DNA of 64,000 nt from Nanobdellota archaeon (GCA_024654505.1 JANLHN010000003.1:132314-196313), one strand, 5' to 3'; shown: positions 1 through 10,175, counted from the stretch's first letter. Program-made: numbers and translations. The notes: generated from the sequence alone by a model not told the origin.

Positions 1-108
1 ATTTGACTTGTATGGATAATATGATGGGTATTGTTAGAATAAAACTGAATTCGGTTACGGGTGAAGAGATTTCTTTTGATAAAGGTAGTTTGATGGATTT
101 TATGGGTA

Positions 109-741
109 TTAAGAAAGGGTAGGTTTCCTAACTATAAGATTAATGTTCCTATCTTCCCATGATTTGATTATTTCAAATCCAATTTTTTTTAAGAGTTTTT
201 CTAATTCTTCTTTTTTGTAGATGTAGGTATATCTTTTTAATTTCTTGTCATATATCGTCCATGGGACAAAAGTCTTTCCTGTTCTTCCATTAATTCTTGG
301 GGCGTTCGGTCCCCAGGTGCTAATAAATGCCTTCTTCCCCGGCTTTAAAACTCTTAAAATTTCTTTTAGTGCCTCTTCTTTTCCCTTCTTAGAATCTATA
401 CAATGGAGGACGGCATGGAGTAGTACTGCATCAAAATAATTATTTTTGAATCCTGTTTTGTGTGCCTCTGCTTTTTTTAGTTTAACTTTTATTCCTAATT
501 TTTTTGCTTTTTTTATAGCATATCCCAACATCTCTTTGGAAAAATCTACACCATAAATTTGAATTTCTTTCCTTTTACTGAAGTTTCTCCCACTTCCACA
601 TCCAAGATCTAATACTTTCCCGTTTGAATCTTTAAGAAATTTCTTTACGTATGGGGAGGCTTTATTTCTAAATAGTCTCCAATGGTCTGCAAGTAAATCC
701 CACACTGCTTCTTGATTCATAGTTATTAAGAGAAACAACAA
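109..741 (-). CDS. Class I SAM-dependent methyltransferase
   Basis: The protein carries the glycine-rich SAM-binding motif DLGCGSG and has the expected Rossmann-fold length. The ORF runs 210 aa. Confidence 0.6.
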   Translation of the reverse strand: MLFLLITMNQEAVWDLLADHWRLFRNKASPYVKKFLKDSNGKVLDLGCGSGRNFSKRKEIQIYGVDFSKEMLGYAIKKAKKLGIKVKLKKAEAHKTGFKNNYFDAVLLHAVLHCIDSKKGKEEALKEILRVLKPGKKAFISTWGPNAPRINGRTGKTFVPWTIYDKKLKRYTYIYKKEELEKLLKKIGFEIIKSWEDRNINLIVRKPTLS

Positions 742-772
742 ATATATAAATAGCTTTGTAGTTTTACTTTTA

Positions 773-2734
773 ATGAAATTCGGAGGGGTAATCTTATTGT
801 TCTTAGGAGTTGTATTATTCAGTAGTTTAGTTTCTGCAGTTGGAAGTTGTGTAGATAGTGATACTATCTTTAAACTTTATGATGCAAGTTATAGTTCTCA
901 TGCAGGAACTTACCTATCCCCTTATAATTATGATGTTTGTTATTCTGATTTTTTTGGAGCCTATACTGGGAACACGACGGCAGTCCATAATTGTTATGGG
1001 AAGGATAATATTGTTTGGTTGAGTGGGACTACCAATGCTCATGCTTCCAATTCTTCTTCAAGCGTTTATAACACAAGTGTTTGTTATGGCAATTTAGACT
1101 GTGTTGTAGATACTACTTCTAGTCTAACATGTTATGATACTTCTAGGACTGTTATTGCTAGGATGAGTTCTAATCCTGGAACTTTAGGGGCAAGCAATCT
1201 AAGTTATAGTAATAAAATTTGTTGTAAGAAGACTTATGATGGAGACCAGTATCGTTGGGAAGGTTCTAGTGGAACAACTATAACTCAGGCAAGAGTCGGG
1301 GATACAGTTTATGCTTCTGCACAAGATTATGATGGAACCGCAGACTCTACATTTGATATTTATGAATATGATCCAACTATTTTTGATGTTGATGAAACTA
1401 TATTTTCAAATGCACAGGGAAGCGCATTTGGAACTAAATGGAGATATAATTGGACTATTCTAAAATCAGATATAATTGATAGTGGAACTGATGATTATGA
1501 TGATTTTAGATTTTGGATTAATCAAGAAGAGAGTAAGGATTTGAACATTACATTTTGTGGAGATGGTATGGAACAGCCTGCATTTGGAGAAGAATGTGAT
1601 ATCCCTAACGATGTTTGTACTTCCGGTTATGGTCAGTCTTGTAGTTTTTGTAATTCAACCTGTCAAGAAGATTATGTTGATACAACCTATTGCGGTGATG
1701 GTCAAGTATATGATGGGATAGAGGAATGTGATTTAGGGGCGAATAATTCTAACACCTGTACTCCAGAAACTGGGGGAATCTGTGATTATTGTATAAAAGA
1801 TGGGGCGAATAATTGTACTTGGGGAACTATTAATGATAATGATCCTTATTGGACAGATTTGTCTGGAGAACCAATTGCTACATCAAGTATTGGGTCGTTA
1901 GTGATGTTATGGTATAATAATGGTGGTGGACGGGGGTTTACCTCTTTTGATGTCTTTGAAGAAGATCCACTTTTTGATGATAGTGTAACTACTATACTTG
2001 GAGAGGATGGGACTGGAGATTATGATGGAGATTTCATAGGATTTTGGTTAATTACCCAGGGAGATGTTGATAAGGGTGGTGAGGAGGAAAATTATGCATT
2101 TAAATTTAGTATAGATGGTAAAGATTCTGCTAACTCTTTAGACATTGTTCCGGGAGGTGTTGACCAACCAATTGATTTGAAGATTATTAGTCCTGATTGT
2201 GGAGAGATATTTTATATGGGAGATGAGGTTACAATTGAATTTGAAGTTAATGATCCAGATGATTTGGTTAATGTGATTTTGACTATTAATGAAAATCCAG
2301 TTACTGAAATCCCTGATGAAACAAACGCTTTGGGAGGAACTCGTCGTTATAATTATACTTTCTCTGAGAGTGGAACTATACCTATTAGGGTTGTTGCCTC
2401 TAATGATGATGAAATGGCTTCGGTGGTATCAAATGTGATAGTGGTCAATCCAGCTATTAGTGCTGATTATGTTGCCGCGTGTATTAGTGAACCAAAGAAT
2501 TTTGAACGTATAAATAGTGATTTTGCTTCTTTTGATGCATCAAATTCTATAGCCATCTCTTATGATGGTTCTTCAATTACCACCCATAGCTTATCAGACA
2601 TGAGTTTTAACTGGGTGTTTAGTGATGGAAGGGCAAATCCTTATTCTTCAGGTGGTAACCCTTTAGCCTATAAATTTCAAAAATATTTCCAGAGTTCTGG
2701 AGATAATTGGGCTAAGTTGGATATTGGATTATAA
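773..2734 (+). CDS. Secreted Cys-rich repeat surface protein (CGDG...EECD repeats)
   Basis: There is an N-terminal signal peptide. Three or more repeats of the form CGDG-x(n)-EECD resemble the Myxococcus-type cysteine-rich repeat. The protein is Asp-, Thr- and Asn-rich and has Ig-like C-terminal segments. Confidence 0.5.
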   Translation: MKFGGVILLFLGVVLFSSLVSAVGSCVDSDTIFKLYDASYSSHAGTYLSPYNYDVCYSDFFGAYTGNTTAVHNCYGKDNIVWLSGTTNAHASNSSSSVYNTSVCYGNLDCVVDTTSSLTCYDTSRTVIARMSSNPGTLGASNLSYSNKICCKKTYDGDQYRWEGSSGTTITQARVGDTVYASAQDYDGTADSTFDIYEYDPTIFDVDETIFSNAQGSAFGTKWRYNWTILKSDIIDSGTDDYDDFRFWINQEESKDLNITFCGDGMEQPAFGEECDIPNDVCTSGYGQSCSFCNSTCQEDYVDTTYCGDGQVYDGIEECDLGANNSNTCTPETGGICDYCIKDGANNCTWGTINDNDPYWTDLSGEPIATSSIGSLVMLWYNNGGGRGFTSFDVFEEDPLFDDSVTTILGEDGTGDYDGDFIGFWLITQGDVDKGGEEENYAFKFSIDGKDSANSLDIVPGGVDQPIDLKIISPDCGEIFYMGDEVTIEFEVNDPDDLVNVILTINENPVTEIPDETNALGGTRRYNYTFSESGTIPIRVVASNDDEMASVVSNVIVVNPAISADYVAACISEPKNFERINSDFASFDASNSIAISYDGSSITTHSLSDMSFNWVFSDGRANPYSSGGNPLAYKFQKYFQSSGDNWAKLDIGL

Positions 2735-2770
2735 ACTAAAACATTTAAACCTATAATTTCTGTTTAATTC

Positions 2771-4135
2771 ATGAAATTCAGAAAGCCTACAAAGACTCTA
2801 TCTGGTGTTGCGCCCGTGGCGGTTATGCTTCCTCCTAGAAGGTGTGACCATGGGGCATGTACTTACTGTCCTACCTTAAAGGCTCCACAATCATATACTC
2901 CGGAGAGTCCGGCTGTTCTTAGAGCAAGGGCGTGTGGATATGCGCCTTTTGAGCAAGTTAAAGTTAGATTGGAAACCCTTAGTGTAATGGGACATCCAAC
3001 AGATAAGATTGAATTGATTATAATGGGTGGAACCTTTCTTTCTTATAAAAAAGATTTTCAATTTGATTTTATCAAGAAATGTTATGATGCCCTTAATGAA
3101 AAAGTTTCTAGGTCTCTTGATGAGGCAAAAAAATTAAATGAGACTGCGAAACACAGGTGTACTGCCCTTTGTATTGAAACAAGACCAGATGTCTGTACGG
3201 ATAAAGATGTTGCCAATATGTTAATGTGGGGGGCGACAAGAGTTGAGTTGGGTGTTCAAGCAATTGATGATGATATTTATAAAAAGGTTAATAGATGCCA
3301 TGACGTTCAGGCAGTTGTCGATGCTACTAAACGGTTAAAAAAGGCCGGATTTAAAATTGGTTACCATATCATGCCAGGGCTTCCCGGGAGTAATCCAAAG
3401 AAGGACATTAAAATGTTCAAAGAACTTTTTTCTTCTGAAAAGTTCAAACCAGACCAAATAAAGATTTACCCTTGTCAGGTCTTAAAAGGTGCTTTCCTTG
3501 AAGAGATTTATTATGGTGGAGAGTATTTGCCTTATTCGAAAGAACAAACAAAAGAGATTATTATTAAGATGCTTAAGTTGACCCCAAGGTATTGTAGGAT
3601 TATGAGGATTATGAGGGAAATTCCATTAGATTACTTGGTTGCAGGTATAAAGAATATTGATATGAGGCAAGACATAGAATCGGAGATTCGGCCAGGAAAA
3701 GTTAAAATTAATGAGATTCGTTTTCGAGAAATTGGTTTTGCATTAAGAGATGGTAGAAGAGTCAATACAGATATTAAAATAAAAACAACAAGTTACCCTG
3801 CCTCTTCAGGAAAAGAGTTTTTTATTGAAGCAGTTAACAAAGATGATGTTCTTTTTGGTCTTTTAAGGCTCAGACTTGAGAAAGATAAAAAAACCCCTGC
3901 GATGGTTCGTGAGCTTCACGTTTATGGACCTACACTTAAGATTGGAGAAAAATCTATAGAAAAATGGCAACATAAGGGCCTTGGGAAGAGACTAATGATC
4001 GAAGCCGAAAAGATAGCCAAGAAGAACGGTTATAAAGAGATTAGAGTAATATCTGGTATTGGTGTCAGAGAGTATTATAAAAATTTGGACTATGTTTTAG
4101 ATAGTAATGGAATTTATGTTAAGAAGGATTTATGA
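2771..4135 (+). CDS. elp3: Elp3 tRNA uridine(34) modification enzyme (radical SAM + GNAT)
   Basis: The radical-SAM Cys cluster (CDHGACTYCP) and the IIMGGTFLS motif are present. A C-terminal GNAT acetyltransferase region follows. Length (454 aa) and domain order match archaeal Elp3. Confidence 0.85.
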   Translation: MKFRKPTKTLSGVAPVAVMLPPRRCDHGACTYCPTLKAPQSYTPESPAVLRARACGYAPFEQVKVRLETLSVMGHPTDKIELIIMGGTFLSYKKDFQFDFIKKCYDALNEKVSRSLDEAKKLNETAKHRCTALCIETRPDVCTDKDVANMLMWGATRVELGVQAIDDDIYKKVNRCHDVQAVVDATKRLKKAGFKIGYHIMPGLPGSNPKKDIKMFKELFSSEKFKPDQIKIYPCQVLKGAFLEEIYYGGEYLPYSKEQTKEIIIKMLKLTPRYCRIMRIMREIPLDYLVAGIKNIDMRQDIESEIRPGKVKINEIRFREIGFALRDGRRVNTDIKIKTTSYPASSGKEFFIEAVNKDDVLFGLLRLRLEKDKKTPAMVRELHVYGPTLKIGEKSIEKWQHKGLGKRLMIEAEKIAKKNGYKEIRVISGIGVREYYKNLDYVLDSNGIYVKKDL

Positions 4136-4393
4136 TTAATTCTTTTTTCTAAGTAGCATATAAACTAGAAGAATTACTACTAAAATAGCTAAAACAATTA
4201 AGACTGTTACTCCAGTTCTCCCCATATTTCCTACCGATGCGCCAGTGATTGTTGAAGTGAATTTTTCGGGGGTCCCTTGAGGGTCCTCATAGCCTATTGG
4301 TTTAAGCACAGTTCTTTCCTCAGCGAAAACTAATGGGGCAATTGTTAGACTAATTATTAATATTACAAACAGAAAAGCTATCTCTTTTTTCAT
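4136..4393 (-). CDS. Small secreted/membrane-anchored protein
   Basis: An 85-aa ORF with an N-terminal signal-like hydrophobic segment and a C-terminal TM helix followed by an RKKN tail. Confidence 0.35.
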   Translation of the reverse strand: MKKEIAFLFVILIISLTIAPLVFAEERTVLKPIGYEDPQGTPEKFTSTITGASVGNMGRTGVTVLIVLAILVVILLVYMLLRKKN

Positions 4394-4544
4394 TTAAGTG
4401 TATGGATTTTTTTATTTATAGATTTATCCCTTCTTTATTTGTTCTTTTTCTCCCAATTTATTACTACTCATTTTTGATGAAGGATTTTATAAAATAGGGA
4501 TTAATCACAATAATACTTATATTCTTGGGATTTTATGATTCTGA

Positions 4545-5045
4545 ATGAAAGAAGATCTTAGGGTAACCCTTAAAAGAAAAATAAATGAATTTGATGGAAG
4601 AATTCGGAACTCTTTTGTTTTGATTAGGGAAGACATTAATGAATTGACAAAAACTGTTGATTTGATGAGAAGTTTTTTGAAGGAAAGAGAAAGAAAATTT
4701 GAAAATGCTTGGATTGATGAGGATAAACTTCGAAAGAAGTTAAAAAATAATGTGGATGAATTTAATCAGAATATTCTTCAGTTGAAGATTGCTTTGGCTT
4801 CTGTAAGGAAGATACAAAAAGACCTTGTATTGACTGGAGACCTTGCTAATATTGAGGAGGGAATTAAAATTTCTTTTAAGAATGAAATATTGGGTTACAG
4901 GGAGGAGCTAAAGTCCCTTAGGGAAATAGTGAAGGAAAGCGATAGAAAGATTGGTGTTCTAGAGAAGGGTGTGATTAAGAATGGAAATGGGGAAAAGAAT
5001 GGCTCTAAGAGAAAATGGTCTTTTTGGAGTAATCAACCAAGATAA
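4545..5045 (+). CDS. Coiled-coil hypothetical protein
   Basis: A 166-aa ORF with charged, heptad-like sequence. No recognisable catalytic motif. Confidence 0.4.
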   Translation: MKEDLRVTLKRKINEFDGRIRNSFVLIREDINELTKTVDLMRSFLKERERKFENAWIDEDKLRKKLKNNVDEFNQNILQLKIALASVRKIQKDLVLTGDLANIEEGIKISFKNEILGYREELKSLREIVKESDRKIGVLEKGVIKNGNGEKNGSKRKWSFWSNQPR

Positions 5046-5057
5046 TTTAGAGGTTAG

Positions 5058-5639
5058 TTATCTCATGGGAATAATCTTTCCTATATTATTATAATGTTTT
5101 TTTCCTTTTATTATTAATCCAAAATTCCTAATCTTTCCCCTATCCTGAACCAAATCATGCCATCTCTTTTCCAATTCTTTATAATCCAAATAGGTCCTGT
5201 TTGAAGACATGGGGTCCTCAAAAATTACTTTTTCTTTATCATACCCTATGGCAATAACATAATGTCCGGAATTCCAGGATTTTTTCCAATCTTTTATTGG
5301 TTTATTGGAGTATGCTTGAAGAAGAACAATAACAGGATTCCCCTTATCAATTTGTTTCTTTAAATCATTAATTGTTAAATTTTCTTTATCTATACATCTT
5401 AATCCTTTTTTCTTTAAAAAAGATATTATCCCACAGGTAGGTGTTCCTGTCTTATTTGTTTTTACGCCTATCATTATTTTTTCCTCTTTCATCTCAATCC
5501 CATAATAAGATAAAACTGATTGTGTTGTTTTTGCTCCACAATCATAACCATGTGTTTGTTTATACGACGGCAATTTTAAATGTTTCATGATGTTAACAGG
5601 ATTTTGTGTATTATAAACTTTGTTAAAAAACCACAACAA
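5058..5639 (-). CDS. Papain-like cysteine peptidase, C39-like family
   Basis: A Q...CG motif (QTHGYDCGA) supplies the catalytic Cys. GHYVIAIGYD supplies the His and FEDP the Asp. The arrangement matches C39 / BtrH-like peptidases. Confidence 0.55.
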   Translation of the reverse strand: MLWFFNKVYNTQNPVNIMKHLKLPSYKQTHGYDCGAKTTQSVLSYYGIEMKEEKIMIGVKTNKTGTPTCGIISFLKKKGLRCIDKENLTINDLKKQIDKGNPVIVLLQAYSNKPIKDWKKSWNSGHYVIAIGYDKEKVIFEDPMSSNRTYLDYKELEKRWHDLVQDRGKIRNFGLIIKGKKHYNNIGKIIPMR

Positions 5640-5682
5640 TATTTATAAGGTGGTCGTTCGATTCTTTTTGACGAGGCGAATT

Positions 5683-7572
5683 ATGTGGTCATTATTTGAA
5701 AAAAAAGAGAGTGATTATGGTATAGGGGCTGGTTTATTTGATTATACTGGAAAGAAACTTGAGCCACTTGTTTTTTCTAATGGAAAAACTCAGACAGATA
5801 TAGTCAAGGAGGTCTTAGATTCTATTAATGATGGAAATAAAGTTATTTTTATTCATGGTGTTTGTGGAACGGGTAAATCTGCTATTGCTCTAAACCTTGC
5901 TAGGCATTTTAAAAAAACTTCTATTGTTGTTCCAATTAAATCATTACAAGACCAATATGAGAATGATTATACTAAAAAGAAGTTTCTTTTGAAGAAAGAT
6001 GGAAACCCTTTAAAAATTGCGGTGATAAAGGGTAGAGGAAATTTTCCCTGTAATTTTGGGGGTGATAGGGCAAATGACCCTGAGATTCCCTGTATAATCG
6101 AAATTAAAGAAAGGAATAATGATTTACTTTTAAAATATATTGAGAAAAATCCTGCGACGGATAGAGAAGATTTTTCTTCTGCTTCAGATGTTCGAAGAAT
6201 GAATGTTGCTCCGGCTTGTCCTTACTGGGCCCCAATTATGCCATCCAATATTGAACCCCGGGGTTTGGGTGATTTTACAAGAAAAAAATATATGGCTGTT
6301 TGTGGGAAGGAATATGCATTATTTCAAAGAAAGAAGGGTTGTCCTTATTACGATCAATATGAGGCTTATGTGGATGCAGATGTTTTAATTTTCAATAGTA
6401 TGAAGTATAATTTAGAAATGTTAATGGGTAGAAAACCCAAAAGTGATTTAGATATTATCGATGAATGTGATGAGTTTATGGATAATTTTGCAAATGAAAG
6501 AAGAATTAATTTGAGCCGTTTGCACTCGTCTATTTCTAATTTAGTTTTAATTGATAGAGATAAACTTTTGAAGGCTAAGGAAATTTTGAAGTTGATTAAT
6601 GATTTATTATTTAATCCTGAAGAGTTGGATGTTATGAAAATTGATGGCTCTCCAGTTTACAATTTAGTTATGAAAATCTTGGAGAGCCAGGATTTGGCTG
6701 AGGAAGAAGAAGTTAGTTATTATAATAATGTTGTTGAGATTGTCAGGACTTTTGAGAACCTTTTGGAAGAAACTTACATTTCTATGGAGAAAGTTAAGAA
6801 AGATAGTGAACAGAAAGGGATTTTTGAAAAGAATTTTTCTTCTGAGGATAATGTTTTTGTAAATTTGGTCTCTATTAATTTAGCACAGAAATTTAGGGAG
6901 TTGGTTGACGCAAATAATGTTTTAGTTTTGATGTCTGGGACATTACATTCTGAGGAAGTCCTGAGAGATGTTTTTGGACTTGAAAATTTTAAGATTATTG
7001 AAGCAGAAACTAAAAACCCTGGGGAGACCCGAAAATGTAGAACTGGGCTTGAGAGGAATTGCAGTTTTGCCAATTTTAAGAATGGAACAGTTACTCGAGA
7101 GAGATATTTGAAAATGTTAGATGTTTGTATGGCAAATGCAGAACCACCTACACTAGTTCATATTAGTGCTTTTAAGGATTTGCCGACTGAAGAAGAGAAT
7201 AAAAAATATAAATTTGATAATCTTATCACTAAAGAAAGACTTCATGAATTACAAAGGTTTGGGAATTCCTCGGTTGATGAGTTTACTTCTGGAGAGACAA
7301 AGGTTTTGTTTACTACTAAATGTTCTCGTGGTGTTGATTTTCCTGGAGAGAAATGTAATTCTGTTGTAATTACTCGTTTTCCTTATCCTAATATTCAGGG
7401 TTTATTTTGGAGAATATTAAAAAAAGAACAGCCAGAGAAGTTTATGGAGTTCTATATGGACAAGGCCAGAAGAGACCTGGTTCAGAAGGTTGCTAGAGGT
7501 GTGAGGTTTAAGGGTGATAAAGTTGATTTGTGGAGTCCAGATGTCCGAGTTTTGAATAATGATTTTGGGTGA
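5683..7572 (+). CDS. XPD/Rad3-family Fe-S DNA helicase
   Basis: Walker A is GVCGTGKS. Four Cys lie between the helicase motifs (CNFGG...C...ACPYW...CPYY), forming an Fe-S domain. The DEAH-like box is IIDECDEF and a C-terminal helicase-C_2 region follows. The start was moved to the internal ATG at 5683 to avoid overlap with the divergent neighbour. Confidence 0.7.
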   Translation: MWSLFEKKESDYGIGAGLFDYTGKKLEPLVFSNGKTQTDIVKEVLDSINDGNKVIFIHGVCGTGKSAIALNLARHFKKTSIVVPIKSLQDQYENDYTKKKFLLKKDGNPLKIAVIKGRGNFPCNFGGDRANDPEIPCIIEIKERNNDLLLKYIEKNPATDREDFSSASDVRRMNVAPACPYWAPIMPSNIEPRGLGDFTRKKYMAVCGKEYALFQRKKGCPYYDQYEAYVDADVLIFNSMKYNLEMLMGRKPKSDLDIIDECDEFMDNFANERRINLSRLHSSISNLVLIDRDKLLKAKEILKLINDLLFNPEELDVMKIDGSPVYNLVMKILESQDLAEEEEVSYYNNVVEIVRTFENLLEETYISMEKVKKDSEQKGIFEKNFSSEDNVFVNLVSINLAQKFRELVDANNVLVLMSGTLHSEEVLRDVFGLENFKIIEAETKNPGETRKCRTGLERNCSFANFKNGTVTRERYLKMLDVCMANAEPPTLVHISAFKDLPTEEENKKYKFDNLITKERLHELQRFGNSSVDEFTSGETKVLFTTKCSRGVDFPGEKCNSVVITRFPYPNIQGLFWRILKKEQPEKFMEFYMDKARRDLVQKVARGVRFKGDKVDLWSPDVRVLNNDFG

Positions 7573-7645
7573 CTCCATAAGATTTATAAAGGATGTTAAC
7601 TATAGTGAACTACTTAAAACTAAACTCTCTGAAAGGAGGTCTACT

Positions 7646-8008
7646 ATGAAAAAAAATACGGCTATGTACTCAGTTACTACAAACAGAATCCTTTTGGGAT
7701 TATTAATGTTAATCCCTGGTTTATCAAAGTTATTCATAATGGGTGCCGATGCAGTTTCTGGAATGTTATCAGGATTTGGTTTTCCAGCTCCTCTGTTCTT
7801 TGCGTGGGTGTTAATTATTGCTGAAATCGCTACAGGTATTGCAATTATTGCTAATTTCAAGATTCGTTTGTCAGTAATCCCACCAATAATTATTATGGTT
7901 ATTGCAGGAATATTAACATTTAGTCCAGAAAGAATTCCTAGCCTAATCATGCATATAGTAATTGCATCAAATTATTGGGTCTTTGGAGCTTACGGAGATA
8001 ATAAATAA
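7646..8008 (+). CDS. DoxX-like small membrane protein
   Basis: Three to four TM helices in a DoxX-like pattern. The start was set at MKKNT, preceded by GGAGGT 6-13 nt upstream. The longer ORF beginning at 7559 overlaps the helicase. Confidence 0.45.
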   Translation: MKKNTAMYSVTTNRILLGLLMLIPGLSKLFIMGADAVSGMLSGFGFPAPLFFAWVLIIAEIATGIAIIANFKIRLSVIPPIIIMVIAGILTFSPERIPSLIMHIVIASNYWVFGAYGDNK

Positions 8009-8028
8009 TCTCGTAATTAAAGAAGAAC

Positions 8029-8613
8029 ATGAAAAAGAAAGTTTTAATTATAGTTGGTCATCCCAAGAGGAATAGTCTGTCTTCATCTATTTCTAAATCC
8101 TATTATGAGGGGGCTGTTTCCTCAGGGAACCTTGTTAAAGAACTTCATTTAAGAGATTTGAAATTTGATCCAATCCTTTGGGATGGATATTCTAATGATA
8201 CCCACCTAGAGTCAGATATAAAAAAGTCTCAGAAATTAATCAAATGGGCTGACCATCTAGTCTTTATTTATCCTGTTTGGTGGCATACAATGCCTGCCCT
8301 TATGAAGGGCTGGATGGATAAAGTTTTTCTTCCAAGTTTTGGATTTAAATATGAGAAGGGGATGAGAAAACCAACTAGACTCTTAACTGGGAAGACTGCA
8401 GAGATAATTAAGACCTCTGGTGGTCCTTGGTGGCTTCATGGATTGCCCGGTCCAACAGATAACCTTTTATGGAAGTTTGGAACTTTTGGGTTTATGGGAA
8501 TCAAGATGAAGCTTTTTGGGGTAACTCATTTTTCAAAGATAAGGATAGGAATGTCAAATGAAAGATTTGAAAAAATTATGAAGAAGGCTAGAAAGTTGGG
8601 TGAGAGAGTTTGA
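8029..8613 (+). CDS. Flavodoxin-like fold NAD(P)H oxidoreductase (Flavodoxin_2 family)
   Basis: The N-terminus MKKKVLIIVGHPKRNS...S matches the NQO1/MdaB-type FMN reductase pattern. The ORF runs 194 aa. Confidence 0.55.
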   Translation: MKKKVLIIVGHPKRNSLSSSISKSYYEGAVSSGNLVKELHLRDLKFDPILWDGYSNDTHLESDIKKSQKLIKWADHLVFIYPVWWHTMPALMKGWMDKVFLPSFGFKYEKGMRKPTRLLTGKTAEIIKTSGGPWWLHGLPGPTDNLLWKFGTFGFMGIKMKLFGVTHFSKIRIGMSNERFEKIMKKARKLGERV

Positions 8614-9075
8614 TTAAAGCCTTCTGCCAGTAAACTTTTCCAAAAAATATCTATAAATATTTATTATAGTTCCAAACAAAAGGAATGCCAAAAGCTGTGC
8701 TATTAATATAGATTCCCAAACCCCATGCCCTGTCTCTAAAAGGTGGCTAGATATCATAAATAAAGTTGGTTGATAAACCATAAATGCTGTGAAAGAAGCC
8801 ACAGGAGTGTAATATAACATATCTTTTGCTATTTTACCTGTTGAGAAACATCCACGTTTTTTATGATTTCTAACTCTTGTAACTAACCAAAAAACTGCGC
8901 AGCCAATAATAGAACCTAGTACAGCAAAAAAAGAAATAAAGTCTGGAGTAGGTTTTAGATGAAAGGCAATATATCCAAATATGGGAGAAGCAATCAGACC
9001 GCCAATTTCGGCAAAAAGAAGTTCATTATTAAAATGGATGGTGTCTTGTTCTATTTCTGGGAGGGAAATGTCCAT
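8614..9075 (-). CDS. Membrane protein, hypothetical
   Basis: A 153-aa ORF with four predicted TM helices. Confidence 0.4.
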   Translation of the reverse strand: MDISLPEIEQDTIHFNNELLFAEIGGLIASPIFGYIAFHLKPTPDFISFFAVLGSIIGCAVFWLVTRVRNHKKRGCFSTGKIAKDMLYYTPVASFTAFMVYQPTLFMISSHLLETGHGVWESILIAQLLAFLLFGTIINIYRYFLEKFTGRRL

Positions 9076-9165
9076 GATTAATAGATAAGTGAGGGTGTTT
9101 TTAAGGCTTTTTAGGGTATCCTCTTTTTTAGAAATTTTTAAATAACTGGAAACCCCTGTTAATCT

Positions 9166-9930
9166 ATGGATAGTAAGGAATGGGACGGTATTTCTAAAGA
9201 TTATTACACAGAGATACTCAGTCCTATAAGGGACAGCCAGAATAGTCCTTTGCTTAATGATTTAAAAATTATTAATCACAAAGAGAAACTATCTGTTGCT
9301 GACTTAGGTTGTGGACTTGGAGAGCTGTCACCTTTTTTGTCTAAATATTTTAATAGGGTTTTTTGTATGGACTTTTCACCCAAAATGATAGAAAGGGCAA
9401 AAAAGAGTAATAAAGACCTTTCTAATGTGGAATTTATTGTTCAAGATATATCTGACCTTAGAGAGTTCTATAATTCTTTTGATGTTATAACTTCCATTAA
9501 TTCAATACTTACACCAGACCTTCATAAAGTAGATAAGATATTTTTAGAGATATATAACTCTTTGAAACAAAAAGGGAAGTTTTTTTGCGTGTTACCTTCT
9601 ATGGAGGTTTTTTCTTATGAATCACTTCTTTTAGCACATGAGGAGATTGATAAAAAACATGAGAAAAAAATAGAAGACGTAAGAAAAATAGTGAGAAGTT
9701 TTATTAAAAGGAAGGAACATGATTTTTTACTTGGAATAACAAATTTTGAGGGAAAACAAAAAGCATATTATCGTTTTGAGATATTATGGCGACTAAATAA
9801 GGCTGGATTTAAAAATATAATAATCAAAAAGATTTTTTATCCTTGGGAAGAATTTGAGAAGGCTGGACAAAAAGCATTCCCTGATGAAGAAATGCTTCCT
9901 TGGGATTGGTATGTGATTGCGGATAAGTGA
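9166..9930 (+). CDS. Class I SAM-dependent methyltransferase
   Basis: The SAM-binding motif is VADLGCGLGELS. The stop codon TGA at 9928-9930 lies inside a tRNA 3'-end-mimic repeat. Confidence 0.6.
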   Translation: MDSKEWDGISKDYYTEILSPIRDSQNSPLLNDLKIINHKEKLSVADLGCGLGELSPFLSKYFNRVFCMDFSPKMIERAKKSNKDLSNVEFIVQDISDLREFYNSFDVITSINSILTPDLHKVDKIFLEIYNSLKQKGKFFCVLPSMEVFSYESLLLAHEEIDKKHEKKIEDVRKIVRSFIKRKEHDFLLGITNFEGKQKAYYRFEILWRLNKAGFKNIIIKKIFYPWEEFEKAGQKAFPDEEMLPWDWYVIADK

Positions 9931-9972
9931 TACGCCCACACCCTGCTCAAAGATACGCCCACACCAGGAATC
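9929..9972. repeat. Direct repeats mimicking a tRNA 3' end (GATACGCCCACACC...)
   Basis: The plus strand reads gatacgcccacaccctgctcaaa + gatacgcccacaccaggaatc. Each copy is the reverse complement of a ...GGGTGTGGGCG tRNA 3' acceptor end. Confidence 0.6.
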
Positions 9973-10058
9973 TGTTCGCATTTCACTCTTCTCTCAAAAT
10001 ATTTGTAGTAGTTCGAGAAGAGCAAAGATGCTCAAACCTGGACCCAGGTTCGAAGATA

Positions 10059-10139
10059 CGCCCATACCAGGAATCGAACCTGGGTACCCCGAAGGGTCAA
10101 GATTTCCAATCTTGTGCAATACCATTATGCGATGTGGGC
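10059..10139 (-). tRNA. tRNA-Ser (anticodon GGA)
   Basis: An 81-nt cloverleaf with acceptor GCCCACA/TATGGGC (one C-A mismatch). The anticodon stem is CAAGA/TCTTG with loop TTGGAAA. A long variable arm ACCCTTCGGGGTAC is present and the T arm is CCAGG-TTCGATT-CCTGG. Discriminator is G and no CCA is encoded. Confidence 0.7.
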
Positions 10140-10175
10140 TTATTATTACAGAATAAAATTAGTTTTTAAGGTTTT

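Noticed and set aside
6203-7369. Short ORFs 6203..6388, 6774..7073, 7166..7369 inside the XPD-like helicase
   Set aside because: They are internal alternative-frame or antisense ORFs within a well-supported CDS.
9793-10169. ORF-track ORFs (9793..9981, 9837..10025, 9917..10156, 9927..10169)
   Set aside because: They lie across the tRNA/repeat region and the end of the methyltransferase gene. They have low-complexity translations and are better explained by tRNA genes and repeats.
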